Shown here: positions 49,876-61,826 of the stretch, one piece after another
Layout of the letters: every line of letters begins with the position of its first letter
Position numbering within the stretch: the stretch's first letter is position 1
Made by a program: the position numbers and the translations under genes
The notes under the pieces: model-generated
The model's database searches: none
Told to the model about the DNA's origin: nothing
The model's input: only the letters and a program-made list of their open reading frames with translations
NCBI GenBank assembly: GCA_047495785.1
Contig: JBLDXI010000010.1
Coordinates: 496,001 to 560,000, forward strand
Length of the DNA: 64,000 nucleotides
Reading direction: 5' to 3'
Source: Lepidodermella squamata
Taxonomy: Eukaryota; Animalia; Gastrotricha

Positions 49876-50930
49876 TCAGCAAACATTCACAAACGGCGAG
49901 CCGAAGCCGAAGAAGAAGTCGAGGTTGATCTGCGGATCTTTAATCGAACCGTCCGGGCAGCAGACTTTGGTGACTGAGTTGAAAGTAGTAGCGCCGCAGC
50001 AACCGGTCGCAACGCCATCCGGTCGGGACATTATCTTGTTCTGACAGCAAATTTGATCACGGGCGACAAACGCCTTTTCCCCGCAGCAACTCATTATTTG
50101 AGTGCCATTCCGAGGCTGATCTTTGTTGTTACAGCAAATGCTTTCGGTCGCGTTGATGATGTCCCCACCACAGCAAACCGTTTCTAGACCATACTCGCGT
50201 TCGAAGAGATTTCCATCGCAGCAGATGTGTTTCGCTTGTTCGTAAGTCTCCCCGCCACAGCAAGCGGTATAGGCAGTTGTTCTGTTGACAATATTCCCAT
50301 CACAGCACATCTTCGTCTCGAAGTCGAACGCCTTTTTCTTGCAGCAACTCCAGATTTTGCGAGTATCAGTGACTGGGGAGACAAGACCATCGCAGCAAAT
50401 CTCCTGCGACATATCGTACGGCTGGGTTTCGCAGCAACCGGTTATGAAGCCGAAGGTCGTTAAATTGCCAACTTGACCACCGCAACAGACCTGCCGTTGG
50501 GCGTCGAAAGCCCTAGACCCGCAGCAGGCCGGGCGCTGGGCTTCGCGCATAGCATCGACGATTTTGTTATCACAGCAGGTCTTGGTGGTGGCGTCGTAGG
50601 TTTTCGACCCGCAGCAGGCGGTGTTGAAGCCAAAATCCAAACCGCTCAATGTGTTGTTGCAACAGATCTGAGTGAGGGGGTCGAATTCATAGTACCCGCA
50701 GTAGGCAGAATATGGGCCTAGAATTGAAGTCCTTTCATACTTCAATACATTAAAAGTTTAAAAATGTTACTTTGAGCTCGCCTGATTTCACTATGTGGCA
50801 CGATGATGTATTGCCCTGTTACATAACTTGGAATTACTTGCGATAAATATAAATTTATGAATTTACCGTGTATGGTGTTCAATGTAACAAATAAGGCGAT
50901 AGACAACAGTGCAAGTTTCGCGGAAACCAT
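49876..50930 (-). CDS. Galaxin-like secreted Cys-rich repeat protein. Exons 50930-50867, 50815-50771, 50717-49876
   Basis: Signal peptide, short propeptide with RR, then about 8-9 repeats of ~29-30 aa with paired CC (CCGxxxY/FDxxxxxCC). Confidence 0.85.
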
Positions 50931-51582
50931 TTTCACTATATTGAAAGACCTAGGCAGAAATCTGAAATTATGCCAGTTAATATTCTGTTGTGTTGGATGC
51001 CGGCATTCAAGTAATCTGTGGTTAAGGCTAAAGGCGGGCCGAGTTCATTGTCAGAGGCTACAAACAAAAAGAGAAAGGCGCACGTCAATACGCCTATTAA
51101 CGATCTGTCGAGACGGCGCCGCAGAACAACTTAACATCATGAATAATAGCTACTTGATCCAGGCACATACAAAAACGGGTGTAGAAAATTCAGGCGATAA
51201 AAGCTGCTGTAATATAGCTGCAAACATGATTCACGCGCAATTACATGGATTTCGTGACATATCATGTTGTATCGTACTACGACGGCGTTGTTTTGCCGTG
51301 CTGTGAGTAGTTTTTTTCATATGTCAACCATTTTTTGTGTGCATATGCGTAGTAGTCAGCGATGAGTGCTTGGCTAGTTTTGCCACGCTCTGAGGCCTTT
51401 TTGCGAACAGCCGACAAAAGCAATACCGGTTCTAGGAAAAAACTTGACTTTCTCAAATTCTCAAGTTTACTGAAAATTCTCGCCAAAAAACATTCAAATA
51501 TTTACAGAGCATTTAATCCATGAGGTAAATAGAGCAACATTTTTGATGTATAATAATTGAAAAACTAAACATTACAACATCG

Positions 51583-52794
51583 TCACACACGAACGAATCG
51601 AGGACCTATTACACTATAAGAGCTATCTGTTGAGTATCTTTCTACTTCTTCATAGTCCCGAAGAATTTCAGTGGAAGTGTCGCTCGGAGAGTCGCAAGAT
51701 ATCGAGAAATGCCACCCAGACCCCGCACTTATTCCAAGGCAATTCGGCTCAACATCGACCCGTAGCTCTTTTGAGAAGCCGCTGTAGACCATTGTCGGCA
51801 GGCGACTTCTTTCCCCGACGCAGCCGCTGTCAAAAATCGCCATGCCGTCATACCAAACTGTTATTCTGTCTCGAATTTTGTATGTGTCGTAGTTGAGTTT
51901 GAACGAGCCGGAGTTACTCGCAAGGCTGTACCGTCTTGTCACCGGGTTATTCGATCCAGACATTTGAAGGCCGTCGCAAGGCCGGCATGCAGTTTGAGAG
52001 CAAATTGTTCCATTCAGTGATCTCACGTGGCATTGCTGGCCGCAACTTAGATGTAACTTATTCGGTTTAGCATGACTCACCCCAGTCCGACCGTCGCTTA
52101 ATAACGAGTAAGCCTTCCAATGAAGAGGTCGGCATGGGTCGTTTGAGTCTCCGAAGTAGGAGCACAAGTCTTTCGGTAGACCTAGTCTGACTTGGTAAAT
52201 TCTAGCGCCGTCATCCAAGGCGCGTACCAATGATACCCCGGAAACAGGCTCCGGTGATCCTTCAATAGGGATAACTCGTAATTTTGACGCATCTCCGAAT
52301 CTAATGCCGATAGCCGTCACTCGTAAAATAGACCGCTTATTCCTTTTAGGCTTTGGAAAATTGGATGCTCTTGACATTGAGCTCGGCGGGATTTGGACGT
52401 AGAGATAGACTTGCCGCCCTTCTTCCGCTACGAAGCTTGATGTATCTAGATTGATGCCAGCTTCGTTGAGTGCTATTTGATCGACCTCACGAGGTTCAAA
52501 CTCTTTTGAGCCAGATTTAAGGATTTTCACTGGTATCGAATAAGTTCCAGTTGGGTATTTCGTTTGATCAGCAAGGAGCTCGTCCGAACCTCGGTGTGCC
52601 GTTTTCAACGGCTCTGTTGTTGATTGGAAATTTGATTCTGTCAGAAATTCAGCATCGGAAGATCTAGATATCATGGCATTAGCTCGGCCAGAGCCGTAGT
52701 TTTTGTTGTACATATAAAGCAGCATGACAACGCCGATGACGATCAAAAGAGCAGCAACAACCATGGCCACTCCAATGACCACGGCGCGCTTCAT
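51583..52794 (-). CDS. Uncharacterised type II membrane (signal-anchor) protein, intronless
   Basis: 403-aa ORF with an N-terminal TM, an RNKR site, a Cys-rich linker and a C-terminal beta-rich domain (YDTYKIRDRITVWYDG..FDSGCVG). TATA-like tatata lies ~35 nt upstream. Confidence 0.8.
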   Translation of the reverse strand: MKRAVVIGVAMVVAALLIVIGVVMLLYMYNKNYGSGRANAMISRSSDAEFLTESNFQSTTEPLKTAHRGSDELLADQTKYPTGTYSIPVKILKSGSKEFEPREVDQIALNEAGINLDTSSFVAEEGRQVYLYVQIPPSSMSRASNFPKPKRNKRSILRVTAIGIRFGDASKLRVIPIEGSPEPVSGVSLVRALDDGARIYQVRLGLPKDLCSYFGDSNDPCRPLHWKAYSLLSDGRTGVSHAKPNKLHLSCGQQCHVRSLNGTICSQTACRPCDGLQMSGSNNPVTRRYSLASNSGSFKLNYDTYKIRDRITVWYDGMAIFDSGCVGERSRLPTMVYSGFSKELRVDVEPNCLGISAGSGWHFSISCDSPSDTSTEILRDYEEVERYSTDSSYSVIGPRFVRV

Positions 52795-53850
52795 TTGCAG
52801 CGATCAATTTCAAGTTGCGTAAATTGTCCTATATAAAAAAGGATAGTGACGATTTTAACGCGCGAAGTGTCATTACTGCCAAGTATCAGTCATAATTAAT
52901 TCACGTGAAAACAAGTGCCCTAGGATGAATAAACACACCAAAGGCGTAAAAACCGCGGCTAAATGCTACCGGGCTACTATTAGAGTAATAAAATTTCTTA
53001 AATAGGGCGCGGCCTCGATGCGTTTTGCGCACGCGCACAAAAAAGCTGATCGATTGTGAAAACATATTATGAATAGCGGCTACGCGCCGTTTCGCGCCGC
53101 TTTTTGAGTATACAACAACCGCGAGCGCCGTTTCGCAGTTTTTTATATACCATATAAGTGGTTATTCGAGCAATATTTGGTTTTTGTAGCTTGTCTTCCT
53201 ATAAATCTTGAGTAACCTACTTGAAAATTGTTCAAATATGACTTTTCAAACAATTTTACATATTTGGAGACATGCACATATTGATTTTAGCTACATTCTT
53301 GTGTTAAGTACGTTAGAAAAAAACTAATTCAATGATGCCTCTTTCTTGCGTTGCTGGAATCTCGTATAGCAGTTATATACTTACTTTAAGCTAATAGTAC
53401 ATGATTTTCAGTTGTTTGGTTTTTTTCTCATCCACATGTTGAGTCAGTCGATCAATTGATTTGATATTCAATCATGCTTGTTTTACATAATATAACTGGT
53501 GATTTTTGGGTAGCGTAGTAGTAGTATCGAAAATGCGCGGCGCGTGTATGTAACATAGCAGTAAGCCAACGCAGAAGTCCGCAAAACTCTCGACTGGCCG
53601 GCCGGGTGTATTAAATCAATCAACTTGTGGCTAGTAAAATGTAAATGAGACCGCCTTATCGCCGTTGTTGCGAAAAGCGCGCATATATACAGAAAAAACA
53701 CGAGAAAACCATAAAAGAGCAGTTTGTATTTTAGAACAGTATCCTTAAAGAGTAGTAACATTACTTCCTACTACGTGTTACAGATGAAATAAAAATTCGA
53801 ACCATTGAAAAATTAATGCAAAACTTGATGTTAATGGAATTTCAAGGTCA

Positions 53851-56244
53851 TTATGGCCTTCGTCTTGGAGTTGTCGTTGATTGAGGAGAATTTGCCGTAG
53901 GTCTGACGCAAGTCGAGCTCCGCGTTTGTGAATTGATGGGCGCAGGTCTCGGGTTCACCAAGGTAACGCGAACAGAAGGCAATAACGTCGATCGGCTGAG
54001 ATAGGGCAAGGTCTTAAATGCCATATTTCTATCGCGATATCGTGGCAACTGCCCAGCCGAGCCCTCAGGCCCGTTTCCGCTGATTTCTATCGAATGCTCG
54101 CCCGTGAAGTTAAGCTGGACTATTGCCGTATAGATTCCGTCACAGGGTCCAACATCACCGGCCAATCCGTCGTCAAATAATTGAAATTTCGTTGTTACGC
54201 TTCCTGAAATCGACTCAACTGTCGCCCAGGCTTTGGCATCCAAAATTGGTCGATCGATCGCAGCAAGTTTAGCTTCGATCTTGATACGGCTTGTATCGTT
54301 TTTAACTGGTAGAGAAACTGTTCCTGTCAACTCCACTGGTAGATTTGGATTGGTGGCAGCGGAAATTGATGTTTGAATAGCTACATCCCTGGTCGATGTC
54401 GACCTAACCGTTATATTCCACCTTCCGACCTGAATATCAAAGCTATGAGAATGAAAACCTCACAAGATGAGAGTTTGAACTCACCGAGCCAGGAATGAAG
54501 GAGCAAGTAAGAATCTGTTGAGCTTTGTTGTTGGTACAGTTACCGCGAATACTCGTCTGCGGATCGTAGGACACCGTTGTTCCTGACTCATCATCTTCAT
54601 CTTCGGCCTGTCTTCGCCGTCTCGTTCGTCCGTTACTAACCTTTTCGTAGGTTCCAGAAACATCGCCAGCGGAGCTATCGTATTCTACTGAAGCCGTGAC
54701 TCGAGCATCAACATCCATACCTTCGTCCACAGAAACGGGTATTGTGGCTGGCTTCCCAGCTGGGATGGTAGCCTTGGATCCTCCTTTAGGCCTAGCTTTC
54801 GACGCATAGGCACACTCCAGCCTGCTAGAAATCGTATTGAAGATGGTAGTCATAGAACCGCCACTTAGGGAGAAGGCTAAACCACCGGTTTCGTCGGCAA
54901 AAGTCCTGAGGGCAGGGTCTGCACTCACCCCCAAAGCGATAGTGACCACTGTAACCTTTGCAGCCTTAACTTGGGGCAAGCAGCGGCCAATCCAAGGCGG
55001 TGTGCTATCCTCCCCATCAGTTAGCAACACCATCACATCTTGATCGCAATTCCCAGTCGTGCCAGTCGATAGAACTTGCAAGCCACTGAGAACCCCGGAG
55101 CAAATATTTGTACCTCCGTCTGCTGCTAGGCTCTGTATTGCTGATGTCAAAACATTTTTTTCAGGGCTATCTCTAACGAATTTATCAGCGCTGTTTAGAA
55201 TGGTGGTTCTTGACTTCAACACACTTGCTACTGAGTTGAAGGTAACAATTCCGACCTCAGCGCCTCTGTTCAAGTTAGCAATGAATTCGCTGGCTGCAGA
55301 TTTCATGTTACCGAGCTTCCCAGCCTCGCGCATACTCCCAGACGTGTCCAAAACCAAAACATACCGTCTTGAGCTGCAAAATGGCCCTTCTGTACTGAAT
55401 TTACTTCCGCTGAATGGCGTAAAGCATGGCGGGTCGACAATTCCAAGAGCTGTTAGAGTTTTCTGGTAAACACGGTATCTTTCATCAGCTTCCTCCCTCG
55501 GCTGTTGGCTATTGATTGCATGAGATACTCTACCCAAATCATCGCCACACAGTTCAGGCTGAACTCTTGATTTCCAGTAATAATGAGACGATCTCGCAGC
55601 AGCTGTAGCGTCTGTCGACAGCAGTTCTAGATTGTCCAAAAGTGTCGTGTCTCCATACAATTTCGTCGACACTTCTTCATAGTTCTCTTGCCACGTAATT
55701 TGCAAAAATCCACGCCCTATGTATGGCCAATAGCAGTCGCAGTTGTTACACACAGGTAGCTTTGAAGGGAAGTCATTTTGGCATTGCTGTATCTTGGCTG
55801 GGTTGCCTTTGTATTGCTTCACGCAGAGGTCTCCACATCCTTCGGACATTTTGCGTTTCGCTGGATTCTGCCCAGCTACTACACCAGGGCATTTGGTTCT
55901 GTAATTGCAGCCCTCTTTCAGGTCGTTGAAGCCTCGAGTTTCGTGGATGGCTTCAGCTAGAAACATTGCCAATTCCTTTCGCCGAGTGATTCCTGATTCG
56001 GAAATGTGGGCCATGATGGCTGAGAAGTATTCATCTATTTGCTGCGGCGGGGTGAAGCCACTCGAGGTTATTGCAGCTTTCAGCTGATCAATCGTAACTT
56101 GTGACGCTGAAAAGCAAACATTTGTTTTGATGCATTTGAAAACACCACTGACAATTTACCCAGTTCGCAGTCAGCTCCGATCGCATACTGGCTGTAGTTA
56201 ATCAAAACAAATGGGAAAATTAGCGTTAAGGTGGGCAAGATCAT
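53851..56244 (-). CDS. Secreted GH19 chitinase/lysozyme-like + VWA + CLCA-type C-terminal domain fusion. Exons 56244-56160, 56106-54485, 54429-53851
   Basis: GH19 motifs ELAMFLA...HETRGF..LKE and YIGRGFLQITWQENY. VWA MIDAS LVLDTSGSM, GGTN and LLTDGE. CLCA-like PILDAKAWATV and LFDDGLAGD...DGIYT. Confidence 0.85.
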
Positions 56245-56771
56245 ATTCAATTGCCAAGTTATGCCCGCTGAAACGTCAAAACCCTCTTATATTTCAAAAA
56301 TATCGTGTGTTTGACTAATTCAAGTGAAAATCGTGACGACCTTAGACAACATTGAACATTTATACAGTGAGCATCACGTAAAAAGGTGAAAAACGTAATA
56401 AGATTATTCTTTTTTCCAGTAATACCAGTTTAAGATTAGGTAAAATCCAAAAATTGCTTCCTCTTTCAAAGAAAAGCTTAGGAAGTGACGTAGGAAATAA
56501 AGGATGAGTGAAACAATTAAAGGGGATGAAGGATGAAGGGATGCAGGAGGCAGTCGAGGCAGTCGACGAGGATAGCCAGCTTGGTATGTTGGCAGAATAT
56601 ATTCTGCGTGTAAGCCAGCCCAGATGGTTCAATCGGATCGACCTCTCGATTCATCAAATAAGTCGCCTGTGGTATAGTTATAATATTTCTTATTTATTCA
56701 TCACATCTCATCTCAAAATAGCTCCTGTGAAAGAACAGACGAAAAGTATTACAACAGTTTTTAATCCACAA

Positions 56772-58454
56772 TCAATCAGTTTTCGATTTCGATTTTCGAA
56801 GTCTGCGAATTACTGCAATAATAGTGGCTAGACCCGTTAACACAGCGGCGTACAAGTCCAGATCGTGCAGCCTGTAAAACGGGGCTTCATGTTCAAACAT
56901 TCGCAGGTGCTCTGACCCGATTGTCATTTCCATTTCAATGATGTCTACAGCTGATTCTAATCGTTGAGCATTGAAATATAAAGATGCGCCGATTTTCAAC
57001 ATGTTTCGCATCAGCTCTGGTTCCTTCTGCAGGTACCGCGAAAGCAAAGAACGAGATTTACTGCAAGCCTCTTCTTTGGCGTCCGCTGATTCCTTGCTTA
57101 TTGATAGACCAACTCCGAGCTCGATCACCCGCTCGGCATACAATGGCTGATCAATAGCGATTGGGTTAACTAGAATCGGTTTGTTGGCTAGGAAGGCTTC
57201 GAACAAACTTTCCGTGCCACCATGACTGACAAACAAATGAACAGCCGGGTGATTCAGAACCTTGATCTGAGCGACACGTTTCTCCATTCGAAAATTAGGA
57301 TGAAGTTCTGGGTTCTTTAGCATCGCCTCAGGAACTGTTGCGGTGAGATTCGCGCCACCGTAAGACCACAAAATGTTGACGCGAGTACCTTCAGACGTAA
57401 GGCAATTAAGGCCTTCAAGTAGAGCTGTAATTCTCGAGTCAGGTGGGAGGAGGCCAGAACCGAACGCGATGTAAATCACACTTTCTTGCCTGGCATGAGC
57501 TCGATCAAGCCACTTCTGCAGTTCAGGGTTCATTTCAAAGATATCAGGCTCGACGACAGTGCCCAGCACATGCACGAATGGTGAAAGTGGTCGAGAGTAT
57601 TCCCAGCCAAAGAAATTGTGGACGAAGTAGTGAGTATTCCGCTGCGGTTGTAGAACATGGTAGACTTGATCAAGACCTAGCTTTTCCTTGAGCTGCTTAA
57701 TCTCAATGAAATAAGGGATAAAGCTGTAGATTATTTTAGGCATCGTGATGAATTTGGCGCGGAGTCTTCCGAAAAAACTCAGTTCGTCAAGCTTCGAAGG
57801 CGCGAAGGGTGTTGGTAAGTAGCCAACAGCGTCCGGACAATTTGGTACTTGTATGCTAGCCGCGATGACAACTTTAGGTATCCCCAATTTTTCCGCGAGA
57901 TTAGGGCACGAGAAGCTCATCCAGTCGCAAATGAGTATGTCAGGCCGGTCTTCATCGACAGTATCCTTCAGGCTGTGATAAGCACCTTCGAAAAACAGCT
58001 GGGAGAACTTCATGAATATCTTGCTCAGGCCAACATGAGGCTCCATCAGTGAGGTTTCTCTTCCGATTTCAACAACGAATTCGCTGGATTTCGCCTGGGG
58101 AATGGTACCGTTTGAAAGATATTCGATTGTGCCATTCAATTGGTAGAATTTGCCGAATTGGCCAGGTTTATACCATTTTCCAGCTTGTAACTCGAGGAGA
58201 CTAGCAATTGCAGTGCGATGGCCACGCTTCATAAGAGCTTCAGAGAGTAATATCATAGGTTTCAAATGCGACCTTGTACCCATATCCATCACAAATAAGG
58301 CGTAGCTTGGCCGTGAAATCAACTTGACAAGGTCGGGGGACATGTTAGCCCTAATTTTATCCAGTTTCTTCGATTTGTAGCCTTCGACAGAGCCATCGAT
58401 CTGCTCAATGAACAGCAATAGAAAGATGCTTGAAAACTCGAAATAAATTCTCAT
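56772..58454 (-). CDS. UDP-glycosyltransferase (GT1), ER-anchored, intronless
   Basis: Signal peptide, catalytic SH, DWMS, UGT signature VAQIKVLNHP..LFVSHGG.ES..EA...KP....P...DQ, C-terminal TM and a basic KSKTD retrieval-type tail. Confidence 0.93.
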   Translation of the reverse strand: MRIYFEFSSIFLLLFIEQIDGSVEGYKSKKLDKIRANMSPDLVKLISRPSYALFVMDMGTRSHLKPMILLSEALMKRGHRTAIASLLELQAGKWYKPGQFGKFYQLNGTIEYLSNGTIPQAKSSEFVVEIGRETSLMEPHVGLSKIFMKFSQLFFEGAYHSLKDTVDEDRPDILICDWMSFSCPNLAEKLGIPKVVIAASIQVPNCPDAVGYLPTPFAPSKLDELSFFGRLRAKFITMPKIIYSFIPYFIEIKQLKEKLGLDQVYHVLQPQRNTHYFVHNFFGWEYSRPLSPFVHVLGTVVEPDIFEMNPELQKWLDRAHARQESVIYIAFGSGLLPPDSRITALLEGLNCLTSEGTRVNILWSYGGANLTATVPEAMLKNPELHPNFRMEKRVAQIKVLNHPAVHLFVSHGGTESLFEAFLANKPILVNPIAIDQPLYAERVIELGVGLSISKESADAKEEACSKSRSLLSRYLQKEPELMRNMLKIGASLYFNAQRLESAVDIIEMEMTIGSEHLRMFEHEAPFYRLHDLDLYAAVLTGLATIIAVIRRLRKSKSKTD

Positions 58455-59239
58455 TTTAACCTAGAAAAACGTTGTTGATAGAGATAATGGCGGTGTGATC
58501 AAAGCTAGCTGCTAGATAACTATTAGGAGTTAACTATCAACTTTTGTATCCGAGAGATAGCCTAACTACTAGTTAGCTAACAGTTAGCTTCGGTTTATCT
58601 TTCGATCACACCCACAAATGAATAAGTGAATAATGCAGCTTGCTTCGCAACATATGAATTTTTGACATTCTAGCAAGACGTTATTAGGCCTTTCTTCGTA
58701 AACAAAACGTTTGTGGTTGGACGCGTGCTCAAACCACAAGAATATTGCTACTGTACGCATTATAATATTACGCCAGCAGCAAACCATTCAAAACGACTTT
58801 TTTCTGAAGCTTAGCAAAGCCTCGTACTACGGCATTGAAAAACTGTATTCTACCGTATTGTTTGGGAAAATGAACAGTACCTCATGCCTCATTGAATACC
58901 CCAGATACTGGATAATTTAATACTGAGACCTTGAAAATGGTTCTGAGGTCGGCACTAAATTATTGATCGATTTTTACACAATAAACCGCGGTCTCTCAGC
59001 AATACTTATCTCGGTTTGGTTCTCAATATTCTCAATCACCATTCATGAAAATCATTCTAGCATATTTTCAAACCTTACCTAGAAACTTCAGGCTCCAAAT
59101 ACTGAATTTTAAATTCAATAAAATCGTATATGTAAATTTCAGTTACTCTATATGAAATTTTTCATTTTTACGCCGTCATAGTGCCATCTTTTAATAGTCA
59201 CCGGAAAATCCTTCAAGTTCTTACAGTTAAATTTTCATG

Positions 59240-61826
59240 TCATTCAGCTCGCAGTTTCTCGCCCTTGAGCACAACTAGGATCGTGTTTCCTGCAGATAGC
59301 AGCAAGCAAAGTATTGACATAGTGATGAGCCTATCTACAGATGAATCTTGTGCGATAACAAGCAAAGCGCCGCCCACGAATAGTGTTGAAACATACAAGG
59401 AGGATAAGCCACATACAGTTAGATTTTCGGCATAAGGTAATCTGTTCACAGACCACGATTCAAATGATGAGTTGTCAGGGCCTATCGAACTGCATTTTCG
59501 TAAGCTGTAAGCGAGGAAAACGTTGACGGAGAGCAAAATCACATGTATGCAAGCGAGAATGATGACGAAAACTTCATCTTTCACAGAGTAGCAGGCATAC
59601 AAATAGAACTCGGTGAAAGTATCTGCTGCCTTTTGATAATGCGGTGATCGAGCTTGAGATAGGATATATCTAGGCTCTTCCGCGATAAACCAAGCAGCTA
59701 GCAGGATTCCAGTAATTGACATTAGGATCAGGGCAGAAATTTTGAAGATCTTGCGCAAATCCTCCTCTTTCGACTGAACAAGGGCAACTCGTGCTATGAG
59801 AGCATTCCGATATTCTTGAGATCCATTCGAACTTCGAAAAGAAGCTCTTGCAATCTGCCCACCTCCGGGAGAGCTCCTCCGTTGCACTGGGTTGACAAAA
59901 GTGGGTTTTTTAATCAAAGAGGCCGCTCCACCTGGAGTGATGGAATGGAAACGGCCTAAATGCGTTTGAAGATTGGGATTAAATCCTCCGATAACTTTTT
60001 GCCTCCTGTTGTAATTTACGTAACAAAATATCAAGTGTGAGATATAGCCCGATTGAGCTATACTGAAGGCGGTAGCCAGGAAGATTCGCTGCAAGTAGCA
60101 AGATATACTGCTAAATCCAAATGCTTCATTCACTGGGAACGAAAACGCAATGGAGCTAGCGCTGAATAGAATCGAACTCATGAGAGAGTTCAAAGGACCA
60201 ATCAACACTGATAAATAGAAACGAGCATGTTTTCGCAATCTGATTAACAATGATAAATAAGCTAATTGCGTGACAGTTAGCAGTAGAGAAAGGGCTATAA
60301 CCGTATTGAAGAACTCTTCAGAGACTGATGAGAGAAACACAAGGGATATCATTCGGTCTCGAGGAGGCATCCCATTGCTGACCCATGAAGGATTTGAAAT
60401 ATTTTTCGTTAAGTAACTCGAGTAGTTGTACGGTAACTGATCAGCTTTGAGCTCAAATGACGTCAAGACCACCCTACCAAATTCCGGAGTCCACTGAACC
60501 GCACTGAAATTGTCATACTCGAGTTCGGCCCTTGTTTTTGAGTAGCGGAATCTTCCTATTCGCAACCCCTCGAAATCGGCTGATGCAATTGAAGCATTCA
60601 CAATCCTCATTATTTGGTCAGGTTTCGAGAGATAGTCTGACAGGGATAGATTTTCAAGCTTCAGCCTTTCCTCCGATCTATGAAGGGCGAGTACTGCTGA
60701 TAGAGTAGCATCGTAGCATAGAACTCTTTTGTCGTAATCAGCCGGCCTAGTGTTGTTCACAAGGTCGCCGAAAATGGCCTCGAATCTTTTCAAATTATGA
60801 CCAATAGATGAAGTGAGGATAGAACTCTCTGTAACTGAAGACCAAGCTATCCAAAAAGTAGATCTGAGCTGCTCAAATATTTCTTCTCTTTTGCAGCCAG
60901 CAACATTTGCCGCCATAGCTGGTGGTTCAAAATAGGAACCGTAGAACAGGATGAAAGCATACTTTCCACCCGTCATTCCAAACTTGTAACTTTGGCATAG
61001 AAATTTAAGGATGAGAGGGGGTATGGTGAAATCGATGACGACGATCCTAGTATCAGAGTCTTTCAGCGATCGCATTGTTGTGTCGTCAATATCAGGGACA
61101 CAGTCAAAAAACGACACCTCGAATCCGTTACTCTCGGCCTCTTTCAGTAGGAATGTGGCTAATGTATAATCAAAAACGTTGCCGGCATTAGTTAGTATCC
61201 CGAATCGGTTCCACTTGCCGATATTCCGAATGAAATGAAGCTTGGGGTAAGCAACTAGTTCACCTGTGATCCTGGATCTGTACAAGTTAGGATAGAGCCG
61301 CCGATTAGCCGGTGGGAACGGAGAGCTGCAGCCTTCACTCAGCGTTACCATGTTGACATGATGTATGTAGCTAGCGACCGCCCTGCAGCCTCCTGAAAAG
61401 AAAGGCCCCATCATCAGAGGGGATGGAAAGATGTTGGAGTTGCCATTTAGAGTTTCCGTGAACTGGAGATATTCAGTGAGTCGTCGAGTGGCTTGGAAGC
61501 TACCGCTACCTTCATCCTTATATATTGGTTCGATTTTGTAATTGGACAAGATGTCAGTCCTAGCATTAACTTCGTTAAACACGATATCAGAAGCAGCACG
61601 GCATGCATCACCTAAAATCTCTATGTTCATCATGGGTTTTTGAAAAGAACAAATGATTACCTTTCCTTGGTTCATCTCCTGTTATTGGCAAAAGAACTAG
61701 CATGGAGAGCGTTTTGCTTTTCAAAGCTTGACATGAAATTGCTGTGAGCAGCAAGCTTGGTAAGCAATATTTTATTCGTAGAAAATTCATGACTTTCATG
61801 TGAAGTAACGCAGAAGCGACGACCAT
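59240..61826 (-). CDS. GABA-B-like class C GPCR (Venus flytrap + 7TM). Exons ~61826-61661 and 61611-59240; start Met uncertain
   Basis: The 49-nt intron 61612-61660 gives LPITG...G|DACRAA...EVNARTDILSNY, similar to the GABA-B VFT start. Also YPNLYR, TRIVV, YDA, W..G.PP.D and seven hydrophobic segments. No Cys-rich domain. Confidence 0.82.

Noticed and set aside
58920-59035. Short inverted matches (tgagacc...ggtctc) suggesting a MITE; similar near 62640-62965
   Set aside because: The arms are too short and no TSD was identified.
61608-61675. Apparent frameshift at the GPCR 5' end
   Set aside because: Resolved by the phase-1 intron 61612-61660.
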